Origin: Candidatus Methanomethylicia archaeon
GTDB lineage: Archaea > Thermoproteota > Methanomethylicia > Culexarchaeales > Culexarchaeaceae
Direction: 5' to 3'
Length of the DNA: 64,000 nucleotides
Assembly: GCA_038727515.1 (NCBI GenBank)
Contig: JAVYVS010000003.1
Coordinates: 128,001-192,000, forward strand
Shown: positions 21,850 to 32,697 of the stretch, in pieces
Layout of the letters: every line of letters starts with the position of its first letter
Position numbering within the stretch: position 1 is the stretch's first letter
Translations under genes and position numbers: made by a program
The notes under the pieces: generated by a model
Database searches by the model: none
What the model was told of the DNA's origin: nothing
The model's input: the letters and a program-made list of their open reading frames with translations, nothing else

Positions 21850-23133
21850 ATGTTTTACGAGACAAAAAGTGGTAGAGAAAAGTTAATCGGGTTAAAGTAC
21901 TATTCTACCCCAAACGATATTAGTATTAGTGATTTTAATATTGAAAACATAGAGGATTTTATAGTTCAAGAAGTTTTAAGAGGATGGTTAACTCTACCCA
22001 TAAATGAAAAACATGGAGTATTTTTACCAGTTTCTTGCAGAGGTAATTATGTAAGAGCGATACTAGTTAAAAAAGGCATAGACACACTTACAGCAATTCA
22101 CACTATTTCGAAAATTGTTAATATTCCACTCGATGAAATACAATTCTTGGGATTAAAAGACGCAAAAGGAATTACTAGTCAGTTAATAAGCTTAAAATAT
22201 ACAAAAAAACTGGGAAAATTAAAAACTAGTAACATAAATATAGTATGTTCATATGAATCATGTGCACCAGTAAGTACACAAGAATTATGGGGAAATAAAT
22301 TTACGATAACCTTGAGGAAGAGAAAAAAAGAGGGAGAAAACGATGAGAATTTCTTAAAAAACATGATAAAACTTCAAAAACTAATTTCAACAAACGCATT
22401 AATTTCGTATTTTGGTTATCAAAGATTTGGAATACTTCCACCCTTAAACCACATTATTGGAAAATACATTCTAAAGAGAGAGTATCATGATGCTATAAAA
22501 ATAATTCTCTCAGATAAAAACATCAGTAATGTAAACAACGATTACAGGTTAATATATGAAAAAGAAATAATTGATTTGATGAATAAGTTTAAGAAGGACT
22601 ATCTATGTGTATTTAAAAATATTCCCAAAATAATAGTTAAGATCTTTTTACAGTCTTATCAATCGTTTTTATTTAATAAGATGATAAATAAAAGGATAGA
22701 ATTGGGATTACCATTGGACCAAGCAGTAATTGGAGATATAGTAGGATATAGTGAGGCAACGATTTATAGAGATGATGATATAATTGTTGTGACGAACAGT
22801 AATTTTGATAAGATTAATCGTCTTGTTAAACAAGGACAGTTATCTATTTTATATCCACTTCTAGGATATTTAACTGAAAAAAGAAAAATGCCCAGTGGAG
22901 AAGCATATGAGCCGATAGCGAAAGTTATAGAGGAGGAAGAAATATGCCCTGATGATTTTTTATTTAATGATATACCAGAGATCTCATTAGCAGGATACTA
23001 TAGGCCTTTAACGTTTAGAGTTTACAATTTCCTATGGCACTTAACAAAAAGTAGCGATATTAAATGTAGCTTTTTTCTAAAAAGAGGATTTTACGCAACC
23101 ATAGTCTTGAGAGAATTGATAAAACCAGCGTAA
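21850..23133 (+). CDS. truD: tRNA pseudouridine(13) synthase TruD
   Basis: EDFIVQE, GLKD..GITSQ, GNKFTI, YFGYQRFG, FL..G.YAT..LRE. Confidence 0.88.
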   Translation: MFYETKSGREKLIGLKYYSTPNDISISDFNIENIEDFIVQEVLRGWLTLPINEKHGVFLPVSCRGNYVRAILVKKGIDTLTAIHTISKIVNIPLDEIQFLGLKDAKGITSQLISLKYTKKLGKLKTSNINIVCSYESCAPVSTQELWGNKFTITLRKRKKEGENDENFLKNMIKLQKLISTNALISYFGYQRFGILPPLNHIIGKYILKREYHDAIKIILSDKNISNVNNDYRLIYEKEIIDLMNKFKKDYLCVFKNIPKIIVKIFLQSYQSFLFNKMINKRIELGLPLDQAVIGDIVGYSEATIYRDDDIIVVTNSNFDKINRLVKQGQLSILYPLLGYLTEKRKMPSGEAYEPIAKVIEEEEICPDDFLFNDIPEISLAGYYRPLTFRVYNFLWHLTKSSDIKCSFFLKRGFYATIVLRELIKPA

Positions 23134-23145
23134 ATTTGAGTATTT

Positions 23146-24474
23146 TCATGGAACTAGTCTATTTTTGTCACGTGGAAATAGAGTAACTTCACGTATATCG
23201 TTTACATTTGTTATGATCATTAAAAGTCTTTGTAAACCCATCCCCCATCCAGCATGAGGGGGCATTCCATAATCGTAATATGTTATAAATGGTTCAAATT
23301 TACTGGGATCTAAACCAAGTTTTGTCAATCTATCTATGAGCTGTTCTTTTAAGTGAATCCTTGATCCTCCACTTGCTATTTCCAACCAAGACCAGTTTAA
23401 ATCAAAAGATTCACTTAATTCAGGATTATCATTTTTCGGTTTTATATAAAACGGTTTCAAGGATAAAGGCCAATCAATTATAAAATATGGTTCTTTAATT
23501 TCTGTTCCAAGGATTTTATTTCCAGCTGTTGGAATGTCTTCGCCAAAATTTATTTTAAAGTTTTTGTTTTTTAGAATTTCTAAAGCATCATTATATGTTA
23601 TTCTTTTAAATGGTAGCTTTGGTTGTTTTAATTCTATATTCAATGCTTCTAATTCCCTTTTATTACATGTAATTATTTTATCAATGGCAAAGCATATCAG
23701 TTCTTCTAATATTTTCATGACATCTTCTCTATTTGCAAATGCCATTTCTATATCAACGGATATAAATTCATTTAAATGATAGGAGGTATCGGATTCTTCC
23801 GCTCTATAAAATTGTGATATTTCATATACTTTTTCAAATGCTGAAGTTAAAGCTTCTTTATATAATTGTGGGCTTTGAGCTAAAAAAGCCTTTTTACCAA
23901 AATAATCAACTGAGAAAAGTGCAGCTCCACCTTCAGTGGCAGTAGCTAATATTTTAGGAGTGAAAACTTCAATAAATCCATGATTTTTAAGATATTCTCT
24001 TATTGCATCGATTAAAGTATTTTTAATTTTAAAGATCGCTACCCTCTTGTGATTCCTTAGGTCTAATACCCTCATATTGAGCCTTTTTTCAAGACTCGTA
24101 AACACTCTTCCAGAAGTATCTATTGGTAATGGTTTTTTGGATATATTCAGTATTTTTATGTCTTCAGGTATTATTTCAACTCCATATTTTGCAATTTCAC
24201 TCTTCTTTATAATTCCTTTTACACCTATTACAGATTCTCTAGTTATCTTTTTTATTTCATTTATTCTCTCTTTGGAAAAATTACTTTTATTTAATGTTAT
24301 TTGGGCTTTACCTTCCCTATCTTTTAAAATAATAAATAAAATACTTCCAAGATCTCTTATTTCATCTACCCATCCAAATATTACAATAGGTTTCCCATCT
24401 CTATCCTTTGTGACATCATTTGTGTAATGTGTTTTCCTCCAATTCTCTAAATCATCTAACCTCATATCAATCAC
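23146..24474 (-). CDS. aspS: Aspartate--tRNA ligase
   Basis: OB-fold, ATEGGA, LAQSPQLYK, RAEES, PPHAGWGMG, FPRD. Confidence 0.96.
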   Translation of the reverse strand: MIDMRLDDLENWRKTHYTNDVTKDRDGKPIVIFGWVDEIRDLGSILFIILKDREGKAQITLNKSNFSKERINEIKKITRESVIGVKGIIKKSEIAKYGVEIIPEDIKILNISKKPLPIDTSGRVFTSLEKRLNMRVLDLRNHKRVAIFKIKNTLIDAIREYLKNHGFIEVFTPKILATATEGGAALFSVDYFGKKAFLAQSPQLYKEALTSAFEKVYEISQFYRAEESDTSYHLNEFISVDIEMAFANREDVMKILEELICFAIDKIITCNKRELEALNIELKQPKLPFKRITYNDALEILKNKNFKINFGEDIPTAGNKILGTEIKEPYFIIDWPLSLKPFYIKPKNDNPELSESFDLNWSWLEIASGGSRIHLKEQLIDRLTKLGLDPSKFEPFITYYDYGMPPHAGWGMGLQRLLMIITNVNDIREVTLFPRDKNRLVP

Positions 24475-24486
24475 ACATATGTATAA

Positions 24487-24990
24487 CTATTCCTGTACTA
24501 TACGAATAACTTCTTTTGTAAACTTTGATAATACTTTTTCTATGATTTCTTTATTCATTCCAAGTTTAATTAGTTCCGACTTAGGTATTTTAATATAATT
24601 TTCGCAAGTTCCATCTGGAAGCCAAAGGGTATTTACACTTTTAACCTTTATAGGTGAAAGTATCTGCTCTGCCAATTGACGTATACTAGCTGCTTTTTCT
24701 ATTACTTTAACGTTTTTATTAAGTTTATCCTTTATCTTTAGTGCAATTTTGTTCCAAGTTGATTTAGATAACCTACCACTACTTTTAACTAATATCATTA
24801 TAGTATCATCTACAGCCATAGCTTTATAAAAAGTAGCGTCTTTTAATTCTGGAAATTTACTTTCCAACTCTAGTAGTATTTTACTTATTTCGATGTCAAG
24901 TTCATCTATTTCTCCAGAATCTAATTTATTTTGACAACTTTTACATAAAATTCCACTTTTTATACAGATTAAACATAAGGGCAAATTCAA
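24487..24990 (-). CDS. NusA-like KH-domain protein with an N-terminal Zn site
   Basis: PLCLICIKSGILCKSC...G, LWLPDG; archaeal NusA paralog family. Confidence 0.75.
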   Translation of the reverse strand: MNLPLCLICIKSGILCKSCQNKLDSGEIDELDIEISKILLELESKFPELKDATFYKAMAVDDTIMILVKSSGRLSKSTWNKIALKIKDKLNKNVKVIEKAASIRQLAEQILSPIKVKSVNTLWLPDGTCENYIKIPKSELIKLGMNKEIIEKVLSKFTKEVIRIVQE

Positions 24991-25150
24991 AAGCAGCTCC
25001 TCCGCGTAAACTAATCAACTAAGTTTAAATAGTTTTAAAATATATGTGTTTTCATCATTTGTTATATAATTGTGAAAATGAAAAGATTAAAATATGCAAA
25101 CTTTCATGTATTATCAAAAGGTGTTTGACTTTAATAAAATGGTGAAAAAA

Positions 25151-25633
25151 ATGGCGAGCAAGAAACAAAATGAAATTTTCCTCACAGAAAAACAATTTAA
25201 AATGTTATCAAAACTATATGAAAATTCTAGAGAAATAAATGTGAGAAGCATATATAAATCCCAAAGTGAACTAGCTAATGAACTTGGAATAACAAGACAA
25301 GCTTTAAGCATCCATTTGAGAAAATTAAAGGAAAATGGTCTAATAAGAACTGGAAGAGGGTTCATAGATTTAACCGAAAAAGCACTAAAGATTCTTGAAG
25401 AAACTACTAGTGATTCATTCGTAATGATTAAAGTACAGCCGCAAAAAAGAAATCAAGTGTATGAACAGATGACTCGTATACCATATTTAAAAAGTGCATA
25501 TAGAGTGACTGGTGAAATAGATATTATAGCTGTCGTAAAACAATCAGTTCTTGATGACTTCCTTAAAGAAATATCAAAGATAGATGGTATAATACTTACT
25601 TCTACACATGTGGTGATAACAAAAATAAAGTAA
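25151..25633 (+). CDS. Lrp/AsnC-family transcriptional regulator
   Basis: HTH QSELANELGITRQAL..HL..L; C-terminal RAM domain RVTGEIDI. Confidence 0.85.
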   Translation: MASKKQNEIFLTEKQFKMLSKLYENSREINVRSIYKSQSELANELGITRQALSIHLRKLKENGLIRTGRGFIDLTEKALKILEETTSDSFVMIKVQPQKRNQVYEQMTRIPYLKSAYRVTGEIDIIAVVKQSVLDDFLKEISKIDGIILTSTHVVITKIK

Positions 25634-25725
25634 TGGAATAAAAGTTACTACTTTTAAAACAGTATAAATGGAAAGAACAAAAATTTTATTTCAATGTAAC
25701 ATTTTAAAAAGTTGGGTGTTGCAAT

Positions 25726-25887
25726 ATGCCTTTACAGGACCAGGAGGCCTTAAAAATAGCACAACAAAAAAGACTCTTTTTCATGATATGTAGGGAGTGT
25801 GGTGCTAGAAACCCGCCTTATGCTACAAAATGTAGACGATGTAGAAGAAAGAATTTAAGATGGAAAAAACGTGAAAAGTCTAAATAA
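25726..25887 (+). CDS. rpl40e: 50S ribosomal protein L40e
   Basis: Manual translation MPLQDQEALKIAQQKRLFFMICRECGARNPPYATKCRRCRRKNLRWKKREKSK (not in the ORF track). Confidence 0.95.
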   Translation: MPLQDQEALKIAQQKRLFFMICRECGARNPPYATKCRRCRRKNLRWKKREKSK

Positions 25888-25900
25888 GAATCCTATTTAT

Positions 25901-25974
25901 GGGCGGGTCGTCTAGTTGGTTAGGATGTCGCCCTCACACGGCGGTGGTCGTGGGTTCAAATCCCACCCCGCCCA
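25901..25974 (+). tRNA. tRNA-Val(CAC)
   Basis: GGGCGGGTCGTCTAG...TCGCCCTCACACGGCGG...GTTCAAATCCCACCCCGCCCA. Confidence 0.95.
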
Positions 25975-26026
25975 TATACCTCTTCTCCAAAGAAAAACTT
26001 GAAGCAAAAATAATTAGAGCTTATAT

Positions 26027-27286
26027 TTATAATGGTATTTCTTCCCCGACCTCTGGTATGATGACCTGTTCAGCTAATTTTTCCTCTTCAAGGATTTCTT
26101 TAAATTGTTCTAGTTTTTTCTTTTCACCATGTACTAATATTACCCTTTTTGCGTTAATTGATTTTATCACATTCACCAACTCTTTATTACCACAATGCGA
26201 TGAAAAATCAAAATATTTAACTTTTGCACTTATTTTCTCAACATTCTTACCAAAGTTATATTCACCGCTTTTAATTAACATAGCTCCAGGAGTATCTTCA
26301 ACCTGATATGACACAAGAAATATTGCGTTTCTCTCTTCTTTAGCTATCTTCTTTACATAAAATCGTACTATACCACCTTTAAGCATACCAGCAGGAGCTA
26401 TTATAACTCCAGATTCCTTACATATTTTCCGACGTTTAGACCAACTATCCACCCATGTGGCTTTTTTAAGCGCATCAGATAAAAGTTTATAATCTCTAAA
26501 GTATTGAGGATGATCAAGGAAGATGGTACTTGCAGTTTTAGCCATACCATCAATAAAAATTCTATCTCTAATTCCGTGATGATATAATACACAAAGTATT
26601 TCTTGGGATCTTCCAACAGAAAATGCAGGTATAACTACGGTTCCATTACTATTTATAACTTCATGAATGGAATTTATAAAGTTGGCTTCAACAATCGATC
26701 TTTCTTCATGATCAACCGTCGCATAGGTTCCTTCCATAATTATAACATCTATATCTGGAAAATTTATCTTCGCCCCATGTAACATCTTTGTATCAATAGT
26801 GTTAAAATCTCCAGTATAGAGAATCTTTTTACCATAAGCCCTTATTAAAAACATTACACTTCCGGGAACATGTCCAGCATTCAATACATATATGTTCAAA
26901 TCTTTTATTCTTAATTCATCTCCAATTTCTATGGGTTCAATGGATTTAAGCATATAGTTAAGTTCTAAAAATTCATAAGGCAAGTAGTATGAGGATATTT
27001 TTATTAAATCCTTTATAAGTAGGTTGGTTATCTCTCCAGTAAGCTTTGTGGTTAATAATTTTGGTTTTGAAGATGCATAAAATAGGGGAATGCCACCAGA
27101 ATGATCCAAATGCGCATGAGTTAATAATATTGCATTTAAATCCCTACTTGAAACAGGTAAAGGAAACTTTGGTTCATCTCTGTGAATCAAAACACCATAA
27201 TCTAACAATAGTTTAGAGTTATCGGTACTTAGTTTTATTGCGGATCTTCCTATTTCCATGGCTGCGCCAAGCACCTCTATTTTCAT
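26027..27286 (-). CDS. Beta-CASP MBL-fold ribonuclease (aCPSF2-like)
   Basis: THAHLDHSG, AGHVPGS, YTGD, PAFSVGRSQE, FSSH, LVHGE; no KH domains. Confidence 0.88.
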   Translation of the reverse strand: MKIEVLGAAMEIGRSAIKLSTDNSKLLLDYGVLIHRDEPKFPLPVSSRDLNAILLTHAHLDHSGGIPLFYASSKPKLLTTKLTGEITNLLIKDLIKISSYYLPYEFLELNYMLKSIEPIEIGDELRIKDLNIYVLNAGHVPGSVMFLIRAYGKKILYTGDFNTIDTKMLHGAKINFPDIDVIIMEGTYATVDHEERSIVEANFINSIHEVINSNGTVVIPAFSVGRSQEILCVLYHHGIRDRIFIDGMAKTASTIFLDHPQYFRDYKLLSDALKKATWVDSWSKRRKICKESGVIIAPAGMLKGGIVRFYVKKIAKEERNAIFLVSYQVEDTPGAMLIKSGEYNFGKNVEKISAKVKYFDFSSHCGNKELVNVIKSINAKRVILVHGEKKKLEQFKEILEEEKLAEQVIIPEVGEEIPL

Positions 27287-27367
27287 GATTTACCAACCCA
27301 AGACTATTGTATGGGTACAATTATTAGGAAATCTCAAATATAATTTTTACTTTAGAGTAGTGAAAAG

Positions 27368-28963
27368 TTATTGTTTAATTTTTTCTAGAATAATTTTAAA
27401 TTGTGGAAATTTTTTAAATATTAAACTTATTTTGATACCTTTATATTTGAGTAACCTAATTAGTTTCTTTAGTGAAGATTTAGTCATATAATTGCTATTG
27501 AAAATTAGTATCACTTTGTTATAATTTCCTTTTTCGATAAGTATTTTTAAGGCATGGAGTATTACCTTTTCAGATTCTTTATCTACAATATCAGGTTTTT
27601 CATACTGCGAAAGAGGATAAACCTCAAGAAGTTCTATTGGTATTATACCAAAAGGAAATCCATAAATACATATGTGAATCTTATAGAATAGATCATTATA
27701 TAATAAAAGTTTGTCTAATAGATATTTTGCATATTTCCGATATTCCGTATTTTCTGGTATGAGTATAAGTATATTTTTTTCAGTAAAAGAAACATTTTCC
27801 TTTAATCTTAAAAGATGTCTTGTAATTTCAGGTCGTGCAAGGCAGTGAGAAGAATTACAAAAAATGCCCCTAACTACACTTTTTGTTAATGGATCATTTT
27901 TTTCAATAAACTTTTTATATTTTTTAAACTTGATCAATAAGTTAAATAGTTTAGGATGCGCTTTTGATCTTACTTCCATAAGCTCCCATAAGCGTCCTTC
28001 ATAGATCGCTTGTTTTATTGAATTTATTTCAGTTGTGATAACCCATAAGTTATGTTTTGCTAGTAGTACTTCACGATCCTTTTTATTAATTTCAATTAAA
28101 TCTTTAACATCATACTTCCTACAAACATCACATGAACAAGGCAAATACTTTAAGTTTGAGAACTTTACAGTACCATATGGGGTCATATATCTATCATCTT
28201 TTGCAAATAGAGCATAAGATGCTGAATCAAATGTATCGCATCCTAATGCCACTAAGAAGGAAAATAATATTGGATGTCCAGCTCCAAAAATGTGCAGTGG
28301 TTTATTTGCTGGCAAAGATAGTTTGATGGTCATAATAATATCAATTAACTTATCAAAATCATAACTTTTCATATATTGTGTTAATCCTCCGATAGCATAC
28401 ATTTGGAAAAAGGGCATTTCACTTATCTTTATTGCACATTTTTTAACTAATTCAAGATATTTCCCTCCCTGTATGGGGCCAACCCAAATGATGTCGTCCC
28501 TAGTTTTCTTATTTCCTAGCATCATAGCATTGTTTATAGTTGCAATCACAGATTTCTCAGCTTCAAGTCGTGTATAACTTTTTAACGTAGGTACATCAAG
28601 AATTACAGAGATATCACTATTTATTTTCTCCTGCAATTCTATTACTTCTTCAGGGGTAATAGATATTTTTCCATATTCCAGCATTTGGTAAGCACCAGAA
28701 TCAGTCATTATAACACCATCAAAGTTCAGTAAAGTATGAACATCATTAAAATGCAATTTACCTTTTTCTACAGCCTGTTTAATTAAATAAATATTTGTTA
28801 TTAATTGGTTAATTTTAAAATCCTTCTTCATATCATTAGGGCTGATGATATTTTTTACTGGATCTACTACGGGAAAAACTGTAGGTGTATGAACAATTCC
28901 ACTTTTAGTTTTTATTGTACCTATTCTACCAACTAAGTCCCTATCTATTATTTCGAAGGACAT
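27368..28963 (-). CDS. tgtA: Archaeosine tRNA-guanine(15) transglycosylase
   Basis: MTDSGAYQ, LDVPT, IQGG, HIFGAGHP, DTFDSASY, CSCDVC..HN; no C-terminal PUA domain. Confidence 0.93.
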   Translation of the reverse strand: MSFEIIDRDLVGRIGTIKTKSGIVHTPTVFPVVDPVKNIISPNDMKKDFKINQLITNIYLIKQAVEKGKLHFNDVHTLLNFDGVIMTDSGAYQMLEYGKISITPEEVIELQEKINSDISVILDVPTLKSYTRLEAEKSVIATINNAMMLGNKKTRDDIIWVGPIQGGKYLELVKKCAIKISEMPFFQMYAIGGLTQYMKSYDFDKLIDIIMTIKLSLPANKPLHIFGAGHPILFSFLVALGCDTFDSASYALFAKDDRYMTPYGTVKFSNLKYLPCSCDVCRKYDVKDLIEINKKDREVLLAKHNLWVITTEINSIKQAIYEGRLWELMEVRSKAHPKLFNLLIKFKKYKKFIEKNDPLTKSVVRGIFCNSSHCLARPEITRHLLRLKENVSFTEKNILILIPENTEYRKYAKYLLDKLLLYNDLFYKIHICIYGFPFGIIPIELLEVYPLSQYEKPDIVDKESEKVILHALKILIEKGNYNKVILIFNSNYMTKSSLKKLIRLLKYKGIKISLIFKKFPQFKIILEKIKQ

Positions 28964-29409
28964 TAAGTTTCACTTTGTTGCTTCTTCTCCTGCATAAACT
29001 GCTCATATATTTTCTTTACACGTTCTGCTATAGGACCACTGCCTTCAATCGTTCCATCCTCAGTTATTCGAACTTTATCCATAACTATTATGACACCAGC
29101 ATCTTCGATCATAACGACATTATTTGGAAAAACTTTCTCCAACCTTTGAGCAAATCCTTTTAAATCAAACGGTTCTTCTTCTCTAACTATTTCTGATATA
29201 ACCTCCCCCTTTATTAGTATCCTTGTATAGTGATTATTATCATCATCCTTTGCATTGGATAGAAACAAATTTAGTGTGTTTGGATCATATCCTATAAGCT
29301 TTCCTCTAAACTTCTTGTTGTAGATAGTTTTGACGCTTATTTCTTTGTCTAGTAATGATGCAAGTTCTTTCATATATCTTGCCATACTTGGAGTACTAAT
29401 ACTGCTCAT
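28963..29409 (-). CDS. Sm-like protein SmAP3 (Lsm with C-terminal domain)
   Basis: Sm1 GKLIGYD...NLFL and Sm2 IKGEVISEI, plus a C-terminal extension ending EGSGPIAERV. Confidence 0.88.
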   Translation of the reverse strand: MSSISTPSMARYMKELASLLDKEISVKTIYNKKFRGKLIGYDPNTLNLFLSNAKDDDNNHYTRILIKGEVISEIVREEEPFDLKGFAQRLEKVFPNNVVMIEDAGVIIVMDKVRITEDGTIEGSGPIAERVKKIYEQFMQEKKQQSET

Positions 29410-29621
29410 TATGATTCCTCCATAGATAATCGTTTTATAGGTGGTTTATTTATTTTATTTTCTAACATAAAAACATATACGTGTTTCAAAATACTTTCAT
29501 AAGAGGGTATTACAAACCAATTTGTTAAAATACATATATATTATGTTTAAAAGTAATATTAATATAGTTAAATGTATAATATTGTAGAAAAAAATTTATT
29601 AAATAATAAAAAAATATAATT

Positions 29622-30641
29622 TTGAAGAAAATGAATAATTCAGAATTATCATTAAAATGTAAAGAATGCGGAGGTAAATTAGTTGTTTCAGAATATGGGG
29701 AAGTCGTATGTTCCGAATGCGGATTAGTTCATGAAAAAGTGTACTTACAACCATTATTTGAAATAGAACCATTATCAGATTTTTCTGCTATAGAGAAACT
29801 CTATGTAAGTCCTGATGGAAAACCCTTAAGGGTGGAAGGATTAGGGTCTACGTTTATAAAAGTAAAAGGAAAATTTAGGGATGTTAGAGGAAAAGACATT
29901 GAAAATCCGCATTTTTTAAAACTTAAAAAAATAGATGCGATATACGTTAAAAGCAGATGTAAAGGTTTAGATGCTTCATTATCATTACGTAGAGTATGTT
30001 CAATATTAAATATACCTAAAAATGTTTATGAGAGAGCAAGCTATATTTATGGAAAAATATTAAACGTAAATAAATATTTCGGAACATCGTATCAGCTTAC
30101 AGCAGCAGCATTGCTAATCGCATCAAGGGAACTAAAACATCCATTAACATTACGAGATTTAATATCTATTTATCGTAAGTTAGGCCATAAAATATCGGCA
30201 AAATCCATAATGCGAATAGTATCGAGTATATCAACTGAATTATCTATAAAAAAGGTTTTAAGAACCCCTAAAGATTATCTCTTACACATAATTAATAAAT
30301 TGAAGGCTAATGATATAATAAATAGAAAAATAATTTATTTTACTGGTAAGAGTCCTGAGGAGTATTATACTGAGTTAATTAACTATTCTAGTAAGATTTA
30401 CGAATTAATTGACGAAAGATTTAGAATTGGGAAAAATCCATATCTTTTAGCTACCTCAATAGTATATGTTGCAGATAAAGTTCTTTGTAGAGAAAAGGGG
30501 TATTACCAACCAGTTTTATCTCAAAAATTGGTTGCAGAAACTGTTGGATCTACAGAATACACCATTAGACAACATTGTAAATACCTAGACAAAGTAGTAA
30601 ACAATACATTTAATGATAGAAGAAATGAAACAATAGCCTAG
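29622..30641 (+). CDS. Divergent transcription initiation factor IIB (TFB) paralog
   Basis: Zn ribbon CKECGG...GEVVCSECGLV; two cyclin folds (GKNPYLLATSIVY, SQKLVAE..G.TEYTIR); B-reader WRAF motif absent. Confidence 0.8.
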   Translation: MKKMNNSELSLKCKECGGKLVVSEYGEVVCSECGLVHEKVYLQPLFEIEPLSDFSAIEKLYVSPDGKPLRVEGLGSTFIKVKGKFRDVRGKDIENPHFLKLKKIDAIYVKSRCKGLDASLSLRRVCSILNIPKNVYERASYIYGKILNVNKYFGTSYQLTAAALLIASRELKHPLTLRDLISIYRKLGHKISAKSIMRIVSSISTELSIKKVLRTPKDYLLHIINKLKANDIINRKIIYFTGKSPEEYYTELINYSSKIYELIDERFRIGKNPYLLATSIVYVADKVLCREKGYYQPVLSQKLVAETVGSTEYTIRQHCKYLDKVVNNTFNDRRNETIA

Positions 30642-30684
30642 TACTAGTATTAAAATATCAAATTCAAAATTTTTATAAAGGGAA

Positions 30685-32697
30685 TTGGAAACTTTATTAT
30701 CACCTCCAACAGTAATTTATACAAATGATAACAGTGTATTAATAAAATACAATTACAAAATATACAATGGGAATCTGAATCTAATGTATACGTCAAAAGA
30801 TGTTAACTTTAGTTATTTAACTTTAGTAATAATTTCTTTAATACCAACATTCATTAATAAATTAAAGAAAATTGAACTGAAAGGCATAGAGAAAAATCTT
30901 GAAAAGACCATCATAAAGTATGTTAGTTTACTATCGAACTTAAGATTTTTAAATAAAGAAATCACGTATTTGATTTCACGTAGTATAGATTGTGAAAATA
31001 AAATCTTGAAGGAAATGCTTCAATTATATCCGGAAGTTGGTTTTTCATATAAACCTCCCCTTAAATATGAAGAAATAAACAAAATAAAAGCGGTAACGAA
31101 AAAACTACCAGTAAATATTGGGAAGATGTTATCAAATCTATTATTTTATTCAAAGATATTCAATGAATCACTAATGACTATAGAAGGCAACAATTATAAA
31201 TGGGATGCAAAAGTGGTTAGCACTTATGAAAAATGCCATAAAGAAGAAGGATATCCAATAAATATATTCTATATTAGCAAACTTGTTGACGAGAAAAAAT
31301 CAAAGATATATTATCATGTCGACATAGATAAATCATTAATAAGATTAATACCAACATTATGGCTTTTAACTACATATTTGGAGATCAATATACCAAGGGA
31401 AGAATTAATCTTCGGACCAGGTTTTTTGGATAAAATAATAGAAAATAGGATCAATGCCGCAAAAAACTTTTTAAATGAATATTTAGTAGAGGTACCAGTA
31501 AATTTCTTTGAAAAGATATCTATTGCATCAACCTTTGCATCTTTAGGCTTATTAAAGTTAGCACCATTTCTATTAGATCAGAATATTGAAGAAGTATACA
31601 TAGATGCACCTCAAAGGAATATCTATTTAGATCATAGTGAATGGGGGAGATGTGAAACTAACTTGTCATTAAACGAAGAAGATATTGAACGTTTTGCTAC
31701 GTTTTTGAAGGTTGAAAGTGGGTTACAATTAGATCATGGTTCTCCCTCGCTTAAAACAGATATAAATACTAATCTATTTAAATTAAGGGTCTCTATCGAT
31801 GCGTACCCATTAATAGATGAAAAATATTCATTAGTAATTAGAAAGTTTCGAAATAGACCTCTAACAATAATTGATTTAATAAATAACGGCACAATTACTG
31901 TTGATGCAGCAACTTATCTCTTGATATCGCTAGCTCATAGATGCAATATCTTAGTTGTCGGGGAACCTTCATCTGGAAAAACAACATTAATAAATGCATT
32001 AGATATTATGACTCCATCCTATTGGAGGAAAATATCTATAGAAGAAGTTATTGAGAGTTTAAATTTAGCAAAATATGGGAAACATCAAGTGAGATATCGA
32101 GTAGATCCATTTGAAAAAGATATAAGTAATAAAAAGAGAACTGTAGAAACCATTAAGTTACTTCATCGATCGCCAAATTACATATTTTTTGGAGAACTTT
32201 TGACTCAAAAAAATGTTTCTATTTTCCTCCAATCATTAGAAGCAGGATTACATGGGATTCAAACAACGCATGCTGCATCACCTGAATCACTAATAAGAAA
32301 ATGGATTCTACATTACAAGATACCCATTCAATCATTAGAACATATAAACGTGATAGTACACATGAAAAGAGAGATTTCATATAATACAAATAGAAGGTTT
32401 GTATATAGGATTGTTGAACCGATATTAGATTTTGAAAAAGAAAAGTACCACGTAAAATTAATAGATCTATTTGTTTATGATGGAAGCGAAAGAAAATTGA
32501 TTTTATTGAAAGACATCAAAGAATCAAATGTTTTTAAGAAGATATCTAAAGAAGAAAATATTCCTATTGAAGAACTTAACCGAGAATTCGCAGAATGTAA
32601 AAAGCTTTTAATTAAATTAATGAATAGTGAAAGTGATTTAATTGACTTAAGCCATTTACTTGATAAAATTATCTTCGAAAATAGGGACATTAAATGA
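30685..32697 (+). CDS. Type II/IV secretion / Tad pilus assembly ATPase (TadA/VirB11-like)
   Basis: IEEVYID, IRKFR, Walker A GEPSSGKTT, SIEEVIE, Walker B IFFGE, TTHA. Confidence 0.85.
   Translation: METLLSPPTVIYTNDNSVLIKYNYKIYNGNLNLMYTSKDVNFSYLTLVIISLIPTFINKLKKIELKGIEKNLEKTIIKYVSLLSNLRFLNKEITYLISRSIDCENKILKEMLQLYPEVGFSYKPPLKYEEINKIKAVTKKLPVNIGKMLSNLLFYSKIFNESLMTIEGNNYKWDAKVVSTYEKCHKEEGYPINIFYISKLVDEKKSKIYYHVDIDKSLIRLIPTLWLLTTYLEINIPREELIFGPGFLDKIIENRINAAKNFLNEYLVEVPVNFFEKISIASTFASLGLLKLAPFLLDQNIEEVYIDAPQRNIYLDHSEWGRCETNLSLNEEDIERFATFLKVESGLQLDHGSPSLKTDINTNLFKLRVSIDAYPLIDEKYSLVIRKFRNRPLTIIDLINNGTITVDAATYLLISLAHRCNILVVGEPSSGKTTLINALDIMTPSYWRKISIEEVIESLNLAKYGKHQVRYRVDPFEKDISNKKRTVETIKLLHRSPNYIFFGELLTQKNVSIFLQSLEAGLHGIQTTHAASPESLIRKWILHYKIPIQSLEHINVIVHMKREISYNTNRRFVYRIVEPILDFEKEKYHVKLIDLFVYDGSERKLILLKDIKESNVFKKISKEENIPIEELNREFAECKKLLIKLMNSESDLIDLSHLLDKIIFENRDIK

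Noticed and set aside
25899-26306. 135-aa plus-strand ORF
   Set aside because: Overlaps tRNA-Val and is antisense to the beta-CASP gene
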